Assembly: GCF_004353825.1 (NCBI RefSeq)
Contig: NZ_SMNA01000001.1
Coordinates: 186,001 to 250,000 of the forward strand
Reading direction: 5' to 3'
Source: Occultella glacieicola
GTDB lineage: Bacteria > Actinomycetota > Actinomycetes > Actinomycetales > Beutenbergiaceae
Length of the DNA stretch: 64,000 nucleotides
The position numbers and the translations under genes were made by a program. The notes beneath the pieces were generated by a model. The model was not told the origin of the DNA. It was given only the letters and a program-made list of their open reading frames with translations, and made no database searches. This document shows positions 39,701-48,500 of this stretch, one piece after another. The stretch's first letter is position 1. Every line of letters starts with the position of its first letter.

Positions 39701-41235
39701 ACGTCGGCCAGCTCGACCTCCTCAAGGTCGTCGACGGCGACGGCGCCGAGATCTACGGCGCCGGCCCGTTCACCCTCGCCCTGCAGTGCACCTTCGACGA
39801 CGACGGGGATGGTCCGGGGGAGCCACGGGTGGTCTTCGAGGACACGGTGGTCCTCGGCGCCGGCGGGCCGCTGGACGCGCAGATCCCGAACCTCGTCACC
39901 GGTGCGGTGTGCACGGTGACCGAGACCGACGACGGCGGTGCGACGTCCAGCGTCGTCGAGCCGAGCGAGGTGACGATCGGCTCCGGTGACATCGTCACGG
40001 TCACGGCGACGAACACGTTCGACGTCGGCTCGATCGTGCTGGACAAGGTGGTCGACGGCGACGGCGCCGACCTCTACGGCGACGGGCCGTTCACGGTGAC
40101 CGTCGAGTGCACCTACGAGGGCGAACCCGTCGCGATCCCGGGTGGAGCCGAACAGGCGATCACGCCCGGCACCACGACCACCATCGACGGCCTGCCCGTC
40201 GGCGCGGCGTGCCTGGTCACCGAGACCGACGACGGCGACGCCGCGGCCACCTCGATGACCGTGACCGAGCCCGGCGAGGACCCGGTGGAGGCCGAGGGCA
40301 CCACCGCCGAGATCGTGGTGACCCCCGTCGACGCCCAGGGCGAACCGACCGCCGTCGGGATCGTCGCGACGAACACGTTCGACCTCGGCGCGATCGGAGT
40401 CGACAAGCTGCTCGACGGCGACGGCGCGGACCTGTACGGAACGGGACCCTTCGAGGTCGCGCTGGCGTGCACGTTCGACGACGAGGCCGTCGAGATCCCG
40501 GGCGGGTCCGAGCGTGAGCTCGTGCCAGGCACCCAGGTGCTCTACGAGGACCTCCCGGTCGGCGCCGAGTGCGCCGTCACCGAGACCGCGACCGCGGGAG
40601 CGACCAGCACTGTCCTCGAGCCCGAGGGCGGCATCATCATCGTGCCCCCGGCCGGGGACGGCGAGGAGCCGGAGATCGCGGTCGTCACGCTCACGAACGT
40701 CTTCGATCTCACCTCCCTCGAGGTGGTCAAGGTGGTCGACGGCGACTGGGCCGCCAGCGGCTCCGACGGCGTGTTCGAGGTCACCCTGGCCTGCACGTGG
40801 ATGGTCGACGGCGTCGCCACCGATCTCGAGATCCCCGGCGGTCCGGTGCGGGTGCTGCAGGCGCCCGACGACCTGGTCGCGACCTACGACGACCTGCCCG
40901 TGGGTGCGCAGTGTGAACTCACCGAGACGGTGACCGGTGACGCCGACGGCACCTCGGTCACGGTCGAGGTCGAGGGCGCCGAAGCGGTCACCACCGAGGG
41001 CGAGACCGTGGTGGTGCCGCTGGGTGACACCACGGCACCGGGCCAGGCGCTGGTGACGGTCACGAACTCCTTCGACCCGGTGCCGCCGCCGGCACCACAG
41101 CCCCCGGACCCGCAGATCCCGCGAACCGGGTCCGACGTCGGCTGGCTCGGCGCGGTAGCACTCCTGCTGGTCGGGGCCGGGGCGTACCTGGTGACCCGAC
41201 GGCGCCGCACGCCGGGGAGGCACCCCGGGATGTAA
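33736..41235 (+). CDS. Giant (2,499 aa) sortase-type cell-wall-anchored surface protein with tandem Ig-like/isopeptide (DUF11/DUF5979-like) domains
   Basis: ATGA-coupled to DUF389 with GGAGAGG RBS; signal peptide ending AFA; six C-terminal K..C..C.(V/I/L)TE..N repeats; IPRTG (41116-41130) + TM + RRRR tail. Confidence 0.88.
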   Translation: MIDRSGRTTSRTSASRPGADRRRRRLRLTWAGLVAALLVVPFTLVPALPAFAATWGIQKVEASTGPYEPGDQVLWFVTVSCSDPNADPCVPTTLTDPLPDGLELVSASIQSQAGATGGELVADTDADTVTYTADSVANGGQVQILITAQVDPDLPYSADGVPITNTATVVSDNATEQSASDDIVPVVPLVLDSETTKSIEPEGALAAPGTAATMTLGATNTSNDPVDTLVVQDPVDPTADPNPFTLLEYTGTGDITMPPNADTVTEEYWDGTQWLPLDDTVDPADVQGVRYTFSGDIQPGATATIPVQVQQSDAVEDLTEVTTVTNDTSSYVTHGTDESTPTTASDTYVITPPNNSVEASKSFDPATVSAGDPTTVTLGATNTGTAVTSMTISEPAPGTDSPFEGADPLTFTGFGPDGDGTGVTWPTGATAATVTFTCADGAMPSQETTTVNTLPNPPPDCVVVGFTVEFTGDIVSGAAATIPFTADTDPDQDPDDVTHPNTIAAEVPNADAAASADLVTLIDRLATDTTKVISPSTIPAVPGQSVIVQLPTQLLPFGPDGSTTNADQIVISDPADPSNPTDFWDHFVATEVRSTDVPAGSTLTINYWDGTAWVPATDCGPYTGPMTVSCDLPADAQGVQFVYDSTGDGFPPGTQFQPNFVAEFTGPATQDDPLTNCGASSASSDTVEETEPAVGCAEVDPFPVDGDGTGLDFMDKTFLGDPPVSVLARSDDQVTAQLTWSTSGFSGVDPMVISDIADPEDTPIEESFYDAFDLVRVEPIDTSVDPLIGYDRITGVELFIDGAWVPALGDPCPCDGSFPGYTLDPDLEQPNATAVRLTYSESENRGTDDPLAPQPGDGVARSTQADGRHLNLTFEVRDYRRGAPTEPVLGSTNGTIYNTDDPGLVNNTARATGTFEGVDYTDVDDDNVLIIDQPLNVTVAKDWTGGPISVPPPDTPADAYPSTTVTITGTNASAAKVDQLRLVEPGVPDSGDVQTGEGTSPFDVFNLTGITLTPPEGATSTTVTLTSIGGTTEQFDEAAAEALTAADLVDVVGVEVAYEGLVMPGATGSMDLILQLRVADRYTTDPIYGDGGTIDVDTNPVPNGAVATIDDPGGIPGEDVRLAWDDAEMPLQVAGIDIVVGKSFEPAQIVEPSTGPVTMTLTGQPVGPSRAVEMVIEDSDPQFWNSYDFVGFDGATLTAPIQQVLVEAYTGGTFVAGPGGVSVVGGAWEGADGEPSATFALPDGVAPEDVQGLRFTFTRTDGSIWENPATPVQAIPISVERREEMRTGGPVLTDLEGNPPAPGETAPGVTSNTVQGTVTGADLVVDPDTGDLVPVSAADEAPAQIVYVHATNGVEIVKDFDGVVTGGTQPPAAVFPMNITVTNTGNRPIFDLVVTDPMPTDAAGGQLVLADVPEPFSYELAGDPPDPANGDPLPTDADEVTVVQVGDIESLTFSFPTGTVLEVGQSYVITVQVQFRLGLEAGALVQNTAGVTADRPWDECVTRLNPDTGACEADSDVTTVPSAVLAQSKYVRATDGDELDVMIDPAAPNQDVECVPDANGFYAYPCTPVIIPGHDETWRIHVDNVGNLPMNQLVLYDRLPTPGDTGSFADSPRGSEWEPLTSVASVPQLVDAPEGAEATHYYSTVDDYCMDDLTDPINQPCPTDDPTTGWVQLTADTDPADLAAVTALKTVVTFAEEALFEPGEFIELDATTTTPPQVPDAGDRSIAWNSAAVSGVVVNNGTEFPLLPTEGTKVGVATASGSLAVAKLVVGPAADQAPETFLLFVQCTSAVGTPVETVLDPIPISVTPPAPTVVPDLPYGAECTITEDGSNGETELIVGTVTIESEDPAQPTTITAVNRYEVAGIDISKDVVTDAVDDEGQPVPFGPFEVTVECTFLGEPVYAEGYGPLNPMVVTIEDGETVHLDGFPVGSVCTVTETGTGNAGAVTITVTQGDAEPVTTDGPSTAVTLVTDADDGTTGNTIELTNVYDVGQLDLLKVVDGDGAEIYGAGPFTLALQCTFDDDGDGPGEPRVVFEDTVVLGAGGPLDAQIPNLVTGAVCTVTETDDGGATSSVVEPSEVTIGSGDIVTVTATNTFDVGSIVLDKVVDGDGADLYGDGPFTVTVECTYEGEPVAIPGGAEQAITPGTTTTIDGLPVGAACLVTETDDGDAAATSMTVTEPGEDPVEAEGTTAEIVVTPVDAQGEPTAVGIVATNTFDLGAIGVDKLLDGDGADLYGTGPFEVALACTFDDEAVEIPGGSERELVPGTQVLYEDLPVGAECAVTETATAGATSTVLEPEGGIIIVPPAGDGEEPEIAVVTLTNVFDLTSLEVVKVVDGDWAASGSDGVFEVTLACTWMVDGVATDLEIPGGPVRVLQAPDDLVATYDDLPVGAQCELTETVTGDADGTSVTVEVEGAEAVTTEGETVVVPLGDTTAPGQALVTVTNSFDPVPPPAPQPPDPQIPRTGSDVGWLGAVALLLVGAGAYLVTRRRRTPGRHPGM

Positions 41236-41293
41236 GCCGGGTCACAGTCGGTTCGGCCCCGCCCGCGGGTCCCGCGCCGTAGCCTCGGCCAGC

Positions 41294-42355
41294 ATGGGCG
41301 CAGGGGCGGGCGGTGCCATGTCCGCGTGCATGGCGGAGACGGTCGAGTCCGGCGACGCCGTCCGGTGGCACGAGGAGTGCCACTGCGGCGGCGCGGTCTG
41401 CGCCCCGTGGCCGGAGGTCGCGTCGCGGGCGCTCCGTCCGGTCAACGGCTGGTCGCTCGAGCTCGGTGATCCCGGCACCGCGATCCGGGCCGGCCGCCGG
41501 CTGCGGGGCTACCGGTCCGCCCGGGCGCTGGTGGCGCAGTACACCGGTGACCCGGTGACCCTGCGGTTGTTCCCGGGCGAGGCCCCGCGCCGGTACCTGG
41601 CGGTGACGCTGTACGTCGCCGAAGGCAGCGCGCGGGTCGTCACAGAGGACTCCACCGCGGACTCCACCGCGGACCTCCGGACGGGGGACCTCGTCGTCGT
41701 CCCGCCGGACGGCGTGTGTGCGATCCACGTCGGCGAGGCGACGAGCGTCACGCTGATCGGGATGCCGCACCCTGAACCGCATCTGGTCCGGCCCGGGCTG
41801 CACCGGATGGTGCCGCTCGCCGGTGCCGGGCACGCGCTGGCCGACGCGCTGATGACCCCGCCGACGTTGCCCCTCGATGCGGTCGCCGCGGGGTGGGCCG
41901 AGGGCGCGCTTCGCGAGCTCGTGCTCGGCGTGATGGCGCTCGATGCGGCGCCGATCGACCATCGGGCCGCCGCGCGGGCCCGGGCCCGCGCCTACATCGA
42001 CGTCCACTTCGAGGACCCGGCGTTGGACGTGTCCGGCGTGGCGCGCGGGCTCGGCATGAGCGTGCGGACGCTGCACGAGGCGTTCGCAGGCTCCCGCGAG
42101 ACCGTCTCGGGGGTCATCCGCAGGCGTCGGGTCGAGGCGGCCAAGGTGTACCTGATCGCCCGGCCGAACCGGAACCTGGCCGGGATCGCCCGGCGCAGTG
42201 GGTTCGGGGGTCCGGACCAGTTCCGACGGGTGTTCCGGGCCGAGGTCGGCATGCTGCCCGGGGAGTACCGTGCCGGCGCGTCGAAACCGGCCGAACGGAG
42301 GCCGACCGCGAGGACTCGCGGCACCGACCCGCGGCCTCCCTCCCCGGGCGCGTAG
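41294..42355 (+). CDS. AraC family transcriptional regulator
   Basis: VARGLGMSVRTLHEAF, IRRRRVEAAK, IARRSGF..QFRRVFRAEVGMLPGEYR; start uncertain. Confidence 0.85.
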   Translation: MGAGAGGAMSACMAETVESGDAVRWHEECHCGGAVCAPWPEVASRALRPVNGWSLELGDPGTAIRAGRRLRGYRSARALVAQYTGDPVTLRLFPGEAPRRYLAVTLYVAEGSARVVTEDSTADSTADLRTGDLVVVPPDGVCAIHVGEATSVTLIGMPHPEPHLVRPGLHRMVPLAGAGHALADALMTPPTLPLDAVAAGWAEGALRELVLGVMALDAAPIDHRAAARARARAYIDVHFEDPALDVSGVARGLGMSVRTLHEAFAGSRETVSGVIRRRRVEAAKVYLIARPNRNLAGIARRSGFGGPDQFRRVFRAEVGMLPGEYRAGASKPAERRPTARTRGTDPRPPSPGA

Positions 42356-42517
42356 CCGGACCGCCCGCCTGACGCCACGACTCTTCGCGCGCGGGCGGGC
42401 GACGTTTCGTGCGGAACCGGCAGGTCGCCGGTCCGATCGGCCCAGACTTGCCGGGTCCGGCCCGCGTCGCGCGTTCTGCGCAGCGGGCCTATCGGCAGGG
42501 GGCCCGCCGTCGCGGGC

Positions 42518-45500
42518 ATGACCAGAAATGAGAAGATCATGCTGGGTAGACGTGCGCGCGCCACCGGACGGTGGCGGGTCATCTGGGCGGCGATGTTGGC
42601 GGTCGTGCTGGCCGGGCCGTTGGCCGGTCTCGGGGCCGGAGCCGCGCTCGCGGCCCCCGGAGATCCTCAGTACCTGACGGTCACGAAGACCGTCGCGCCG
42701 GAGGTCGTCTCGCCCGGCCAGACGTTCACCTACACGATCAGCGTGAACTGCTCCGAGGCGTCCTGCCTGAATGCCGTGCTGGAGGACTCGCTGCCGCCCG
42801 ACCTCGCCGGCTATGCCGTGCAGGACGTCGCGATCGCGCCGAACGAGAACACGATCCCGCGCGAGGTGACCTGGACCGTGGACGGCGCCGCAGGCGATGC
42901 CGCACCCGCGGCGGTCACCGCCGACACCCACCTGCGGGTCGACTTCACCGGCGCCGTCATCAGCCCGGTCGGCACCGGCCTCGAGAACGGCCAGACCCTC
43001 TCCGTGACGATCACCCTCCAGGTGCCCGCCACCGTCGCCCCCGGCGACCACCTCATCACGAACACCGCCAGCACCACGGCCGACAACTCCAATCCGGACT
43101 CCGACGACGCGACGGTCACGGTGCGCGTGCCCCAGATCATCGACGTCTCCGTCACGAAGGCGTGGGCGCCGGCCGAGCAGTCGTACTCCCCGGGCGCGGC
43201 CTCGACGATCGACCTGAGCGTCACGAACACCTCCAACGGCCCCGTCGAGACTCTCGTGCTGACCGAGCCCGCCGCCGCCGCCGACGGCGCGACCGCCCTC
43301 GATGCGAGCAACCCGTTCACCATCACCGACTTCACCGGGTTCAGCACGACAACGCTGCCCGCGGGCGCGGACGCCGTGCAGGTCGACGTCTACGTCGAGC
43401 AGGGCGACGGCACGTGGGCCTGGCAGGCCGGTGTCCCCGGCACGGCCGTGACGCTGCCGGACGGCGTCGCCCCCGGGGACGTGGGCGGCGTGCGGCTGAC
43501 GTACAGCGGCGTCGCGATCGAGGCCGACGCGGTCGCCACCGTCGCGCTCGGCCTGGCCCAGCGGACCACCCACCGCAACACCGGCGACAGCCTGGGGGCC
43601 GCGACGCACACGGTCGACAATGTCGTCGCGGGGAGCGCCACCGTCGAGGGCCGCGACCCGGCCACCGACACGGCGAGCGCCACCTTCTCCGTCGTGCCCA
43701 TGCGACTGGGCGTCTCGACGACGAAGAACATCAGCCCCGACCGGATCGCCGCCGGTGACGAGGCCACCGCCACGATCGGCCTCACGAACGAGTCCGCCGG
43801 CGGCGTCGACGAACTGCGAGTCGCCGACCTCGGCTACTTCACCGACACGATCACGTTCGGCGGCTTCGTGTCCGCCCCGACCTGGCCGGACGGCGCCGAG
43901 TCGGCCCAGGTGATCTACCACCCCCTGGACGGCGGTGCCCCACAGGAGGTCGTCTTCACCCAGGGGCAGCTCCCGGCCGCGCCGGCCGGGCCGATCTCCG
44001 GCTTCGAGGTCGTCTTCACCGCCCCGGACGGTGGCATCGCGCCCGGGTCCTCGAGCGTGTTCGACATCCTCATCTCCTCCACCGAGGACGCCGTCGCCGA
44101 GGGTGAGACGCTCCCGACCACGAACACCGTCGACGCCGAGCTCACGGCCCCGAACGGCCTCACGGTCACCGACTCCGATGATGCGGCCCTGACCCTCGTC
44201 TACCCCGCGATCGACATCGCGCTGGCGAAGTCGGTGCGCCCGTCCACCACGGTGCAGCCGGGCGAGAGCGTGGTCACCCGTCTCGAGACGAACCTGACCA
44301 CGACGTCCGACTACATCACCGCGAACCGGATCGTCGTCGAGGACGCTGCCACCGGCACCGTCGGCGACTTCTGGGACGGCTTCGACCTGTCCTCCGTGGC
44401 GCCGACACAGGTCCCGAGCGAGACCGCGCTGACCATCGAGGCCCGCGCCGCCGACGGCACCTGGCTCGAGCTGGCCGTCTTCGGCGCCCAGGCCGCGCCG
44501 TTCCTGGCCTCGCTGACCGCGGCGGAGATCGCGGCGGCTCTGCCCACCGGTGTCGACACCACGGACCTGACCGGCATCCGGTTCACGTTCGACAACGAGA
44601 CCGACGCCGGATTCGCCTCAGACACCACGGTGACGCCCTACTTCTCCGCTCAGGCTCGCGACACCCTGCGCTCCGGCGCGGACATCCCCGAGACCGCCAC
44701 GGCCTACCAGAACGTCGCCACCGCGGCCGGTTCCGGTGAGACCGAGGACGGCACCGAGATCAACGACGCGGACACCGGCGACGGGTCCGCCACGGTCGAG
44801 CCGAACCCCGGCATCGGCCCGGTCGGCATCGAGAAGGCCTGGAACCAGCCCTCCGTCCCCGCCCAGACCAGTGAGCAGCGTTCCACCACCCTGAGCTGGT
44901 CGGTCGGCAGCGGCTACGAGGGCGTGCAGATCAGCGACCCGACCAACCCGGACGCCCCGGCCGACTCGGTGTTCGAGGCGTTCGACCTGGTCCGCGTGGA
45001 GGGCATCGGCGCCGACGCCGACCCGTACAGCAACGGATGGCACCTGCGCTACGACCTGATCACCGCCGTCGAGCTGTACAGCGGTGGGGCGTGGGTCGAG
45101 GCGAGCGCCCCCGCCGGCGGCTGGATCCAGAACGGCGCCTTCGCCGGCTACGGACTCAGCGACCCCGAGCGCGCCGACACCACCGGTGTCCGGATCACCC
45201 TCGCCGAGAACGAGGCGGCCCGGCTCGCCGCGACGCAGACCGGACCGGCCTACGACCCGTACGCCCCCGCCGTCGGCTCCGGTGTCGGCTTCGCCGGTCC
45301 CGACCGGCAGTTCTCGATGACCTGGCAGTTGCGCGACCAGATGCGCCCGAGCGGGGACTGGGTCACCGGCGAGGCGCTCTACAACACGCCCGACGCCGGC
45401 GGCGTCAACAACACCGCGCTGCTCGAGGCGACCCCCACCGGTGGCGGTGAGCCGGCCACGGACACCGCCGACGACACGATCATCGTGCAGGACTTCGGGC

Positions 45501-48500
45501 CCGGCGTCGAGGTCACCAAGTCCGCGGACCCGACCACCGACCTGTACATCCCGGTCGCGGGTACCCCGGCGCAGAACTACCCCACCACCACCTTCACCAT
45601 GACCGCGAACAGCGACTCGGTCGCGCGGGCCTCCTACGTGCGCGTCACCGATCCGCCGGCGTGCACCGACGCCGGCGAGGTGTCCCTGTGCCAGAGCGCC
45701 GGCACGGCGGCCGGTGCCATCGGGGACCCGTTCACGGCCGACGTCGAGTGGCTCACCGCGGGCGGTATCGGGAACCCGTTCGACCGCTTCGACCTCACCG
45801 CGGTGCGGATCGGCGCGAGCATCCCCGCCGAGGTCGACCTGGCCGCGAGCCCCGTCTGGCTGCTGCGCTACGACGCCGGCACCTACTCGACCGAGCAGAG
45901 CACGGCCGCCGCGGTGAACGCGACGGACCGGGCGGACCTCGCGGACGTCGTCGGGATCTCGGTGACCTTCCAGGGCAGCGACCCGGCCACGACCGGTGGC
46001 ACGATCACCGCGGCCAATCGGCTCACGGTGAGCCTGGACGCGCAGGCGCGCACCACCGTGCGCAGCACCGGCGCGGACCAGGTGGTCGGCGCCGGGCAGC
46101 GGGTGGACGTCACGAACCGCGTGTTCGCCCAGTCCTACGACCCGATCCTCAGCGACGGCGTCGTCACCGGCGACCAGGCCGCGGCGAGCGTGCAGCTCAG
46201 CGGTGGCGACATCAACGTGGGCCCGACGAAGTCGGTGACCCCGGACGCCCTCACCGCGCCGACCCGGGACACCCCGGTCACGGTCACCCTCGGCGCGAAC
46301 CAGGGCGTATCCCCGGCGTCGACCCTGCCGCCCGCCGAGGTCCGGGTCACCGACGACGTCACCACGTCGCCGGAGTTCTGGAGCGCGTTCGCGCTCACCG
46401 GCCTCGCCGACATCGCCGCACCGGCGGGCGCCGACCAGGTCCGCGTGAGCGTCCTCGGACCCTTCGGGGCCGACGGCGAGTCCGCCTGGGTGGACGGCGA
46501 ACCCACGGCGGTCGCCGACGCCGAACTGCCGGTGGCAGCCGACGCCTACGCCGACGTGCAGGGCATCGCGTTCGCCTTCTCCCGCGCGGACGGCGCCTTC
46601 TTCTCCAGCGCGCTCCCGGCGCCGACGTGGTCGGCGACCGCCGCGTTCACCGTGCAGCTGCGCGAGCAGCACTACGGGACCGACGACCCGGTCGCCCTCG
46701 AGGGCACCATCATCAACACGGTGACCGCCGTCAGCGACCGTCGCAACGGTGAGGTCTCACCCGAGCGCACCGCCGACGCGGTGATCGGTCTGTCGGCAGG
46801 CACCCACGAGATCACCGTGCAGAAACTGGCGAACGACGGCAACCGGTTCGCCAGCCCGGGCGCCCTGGTGCCCTGGGACCTGTCCTTCACCAACACCGGT
46901 ACCGGGTACCTCACGGTGACCGAGCTGCGGGACACCCTCCCGGCCTCACTCGTCTACCTCGGCGACGAGCCGGTCGTCACCCCGGACCCCGACGGTCTGC
47001 TCCCGGGTGCGGTGACCGTGGTCGAGGAGGGGCAGGACCTGGTCTTCACGTGGCCGGCCGACGGCAACCGGATGGCCCCGGGCGAGACGATCACGATCCG
47101 GCTCCTGCTGGAGCTGCAGCCGGGGCTGTCCGCGGGCCAGACCGCTGAGAACACGATGACGGTGCGGACCGAGGAGAACCTCACCTCGTGCGCCAACATC
47201 GTGCCGGGCGGCGCCATCACGAACGCCTGGGCGCAGGATGACACGACCTGCGGCACCACGGACCACGTGGCGCCGGCACCCGGCCCGAACCTGTACACGA
47301 TCAAGGGCGTCCGGGGCGAGCTCGCCGGCGCGATCAACCCGGCGATGCCCCAGATGGAGTGCCGCCAGAACCTGACCGCGACCGGCGGCGACTACTTCCG
47401 CACCCCGTGCGCCGCCAACAGCCTGATCGGCGGCACGGACCAGTGGGTGCTGCGCACCCTCAACGCGGGCACCGTGACCGTGGACGAGCTGACGATCTTC
47501 GAGCAGCTGCCCACGGCCGGCGACCAGCAGCTGATCTCCGGCTCCGGCCGCGGCTCGGTGTACCGCCCCGAACTGATCGGCGACCTGCTCGTCACCGCGC
47601 CGGAGGGGGCCACCACCACCGTGGAGGTCACCACCAGCGCCGGGGTCTGCGTAGGCACCTGGGGGAACCTGGCCGCCCAGGAGGTCTGCGAGCAGAACGG
47701 TGAACAGTGGGAGCCCGCAGGTGACGCCACCGACTGGGCCGCCGTCACCGGGCTGCGGATCACCGTGGACTTCTCGACCACCGCTGCCGGTGTCCTCACC
47801 CCGGGTCAGTTCGTGGACGTGACCTACTCCTCGGTGAACATGCCGGCCTCGGCCGAGCTGCCGGGCGGCGCACCCTCCGACGTGCCCGCCGCGGACTCCT
47901 TCGCCTGGAACCAGTTCGGGGTGAAGTTCCGCAACACCGGGACGAGCGCTTACGGCAAGGTCGCCCCGTCGCGGGTCGGCGTGCACCTGATGGCCGGCGC
48001 GATCGAGATCGACAAGGTCGTCACCGGCCCGGCCGTCGGCTACGCCCCGACCGCGTTCACGGCCGACCTGGTCTGCACCATCGAGGGCGTCCAGCTCGGT
48101 CTGGGCGAGCACGACGTGCTGGAGCTGGACGAGTCGAACGGCTACACCCAGCGTGTCGACGGCATCCCGGTCGGTGCGGCCTGCACCGTCACCGAGACGG
48201 GGGAACTGGGCAGCTTCGGCGAGACCAGCCGCACCGGCTCCCCGGTGACGCTCACGGTCACCGAGCCCACCGCCGTCGGGCAGGACGTCCCCGCCGCCCA
48301 GCTCGCGACGATCACGAACGACTACCGGTTCACCGGACTGTCGGTCACCAAGCTCGTGGCCACCGAGGCGACCGAGGGCGAGTTCGGCCCGTTCGACTTC
48401 ACCCTGACGTGTGCGAGCGCACTGGGCACCCCGGTGACCTTCGACGGCGATGCCACCGAGGTCACGTTCAGCCTCGCCGACGGCGCGACCTGGGTCGCCC

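Noticed and set aside
33601..48112. Very long minus-strand ORFs (33601..36342, 38164..41223, 41060..43921, 44618..46672, 46946..48112)
   Set aside because: Antisense shadows of the giant plus-strand genes; high GC3 suppresses stops; no recognisable motifs
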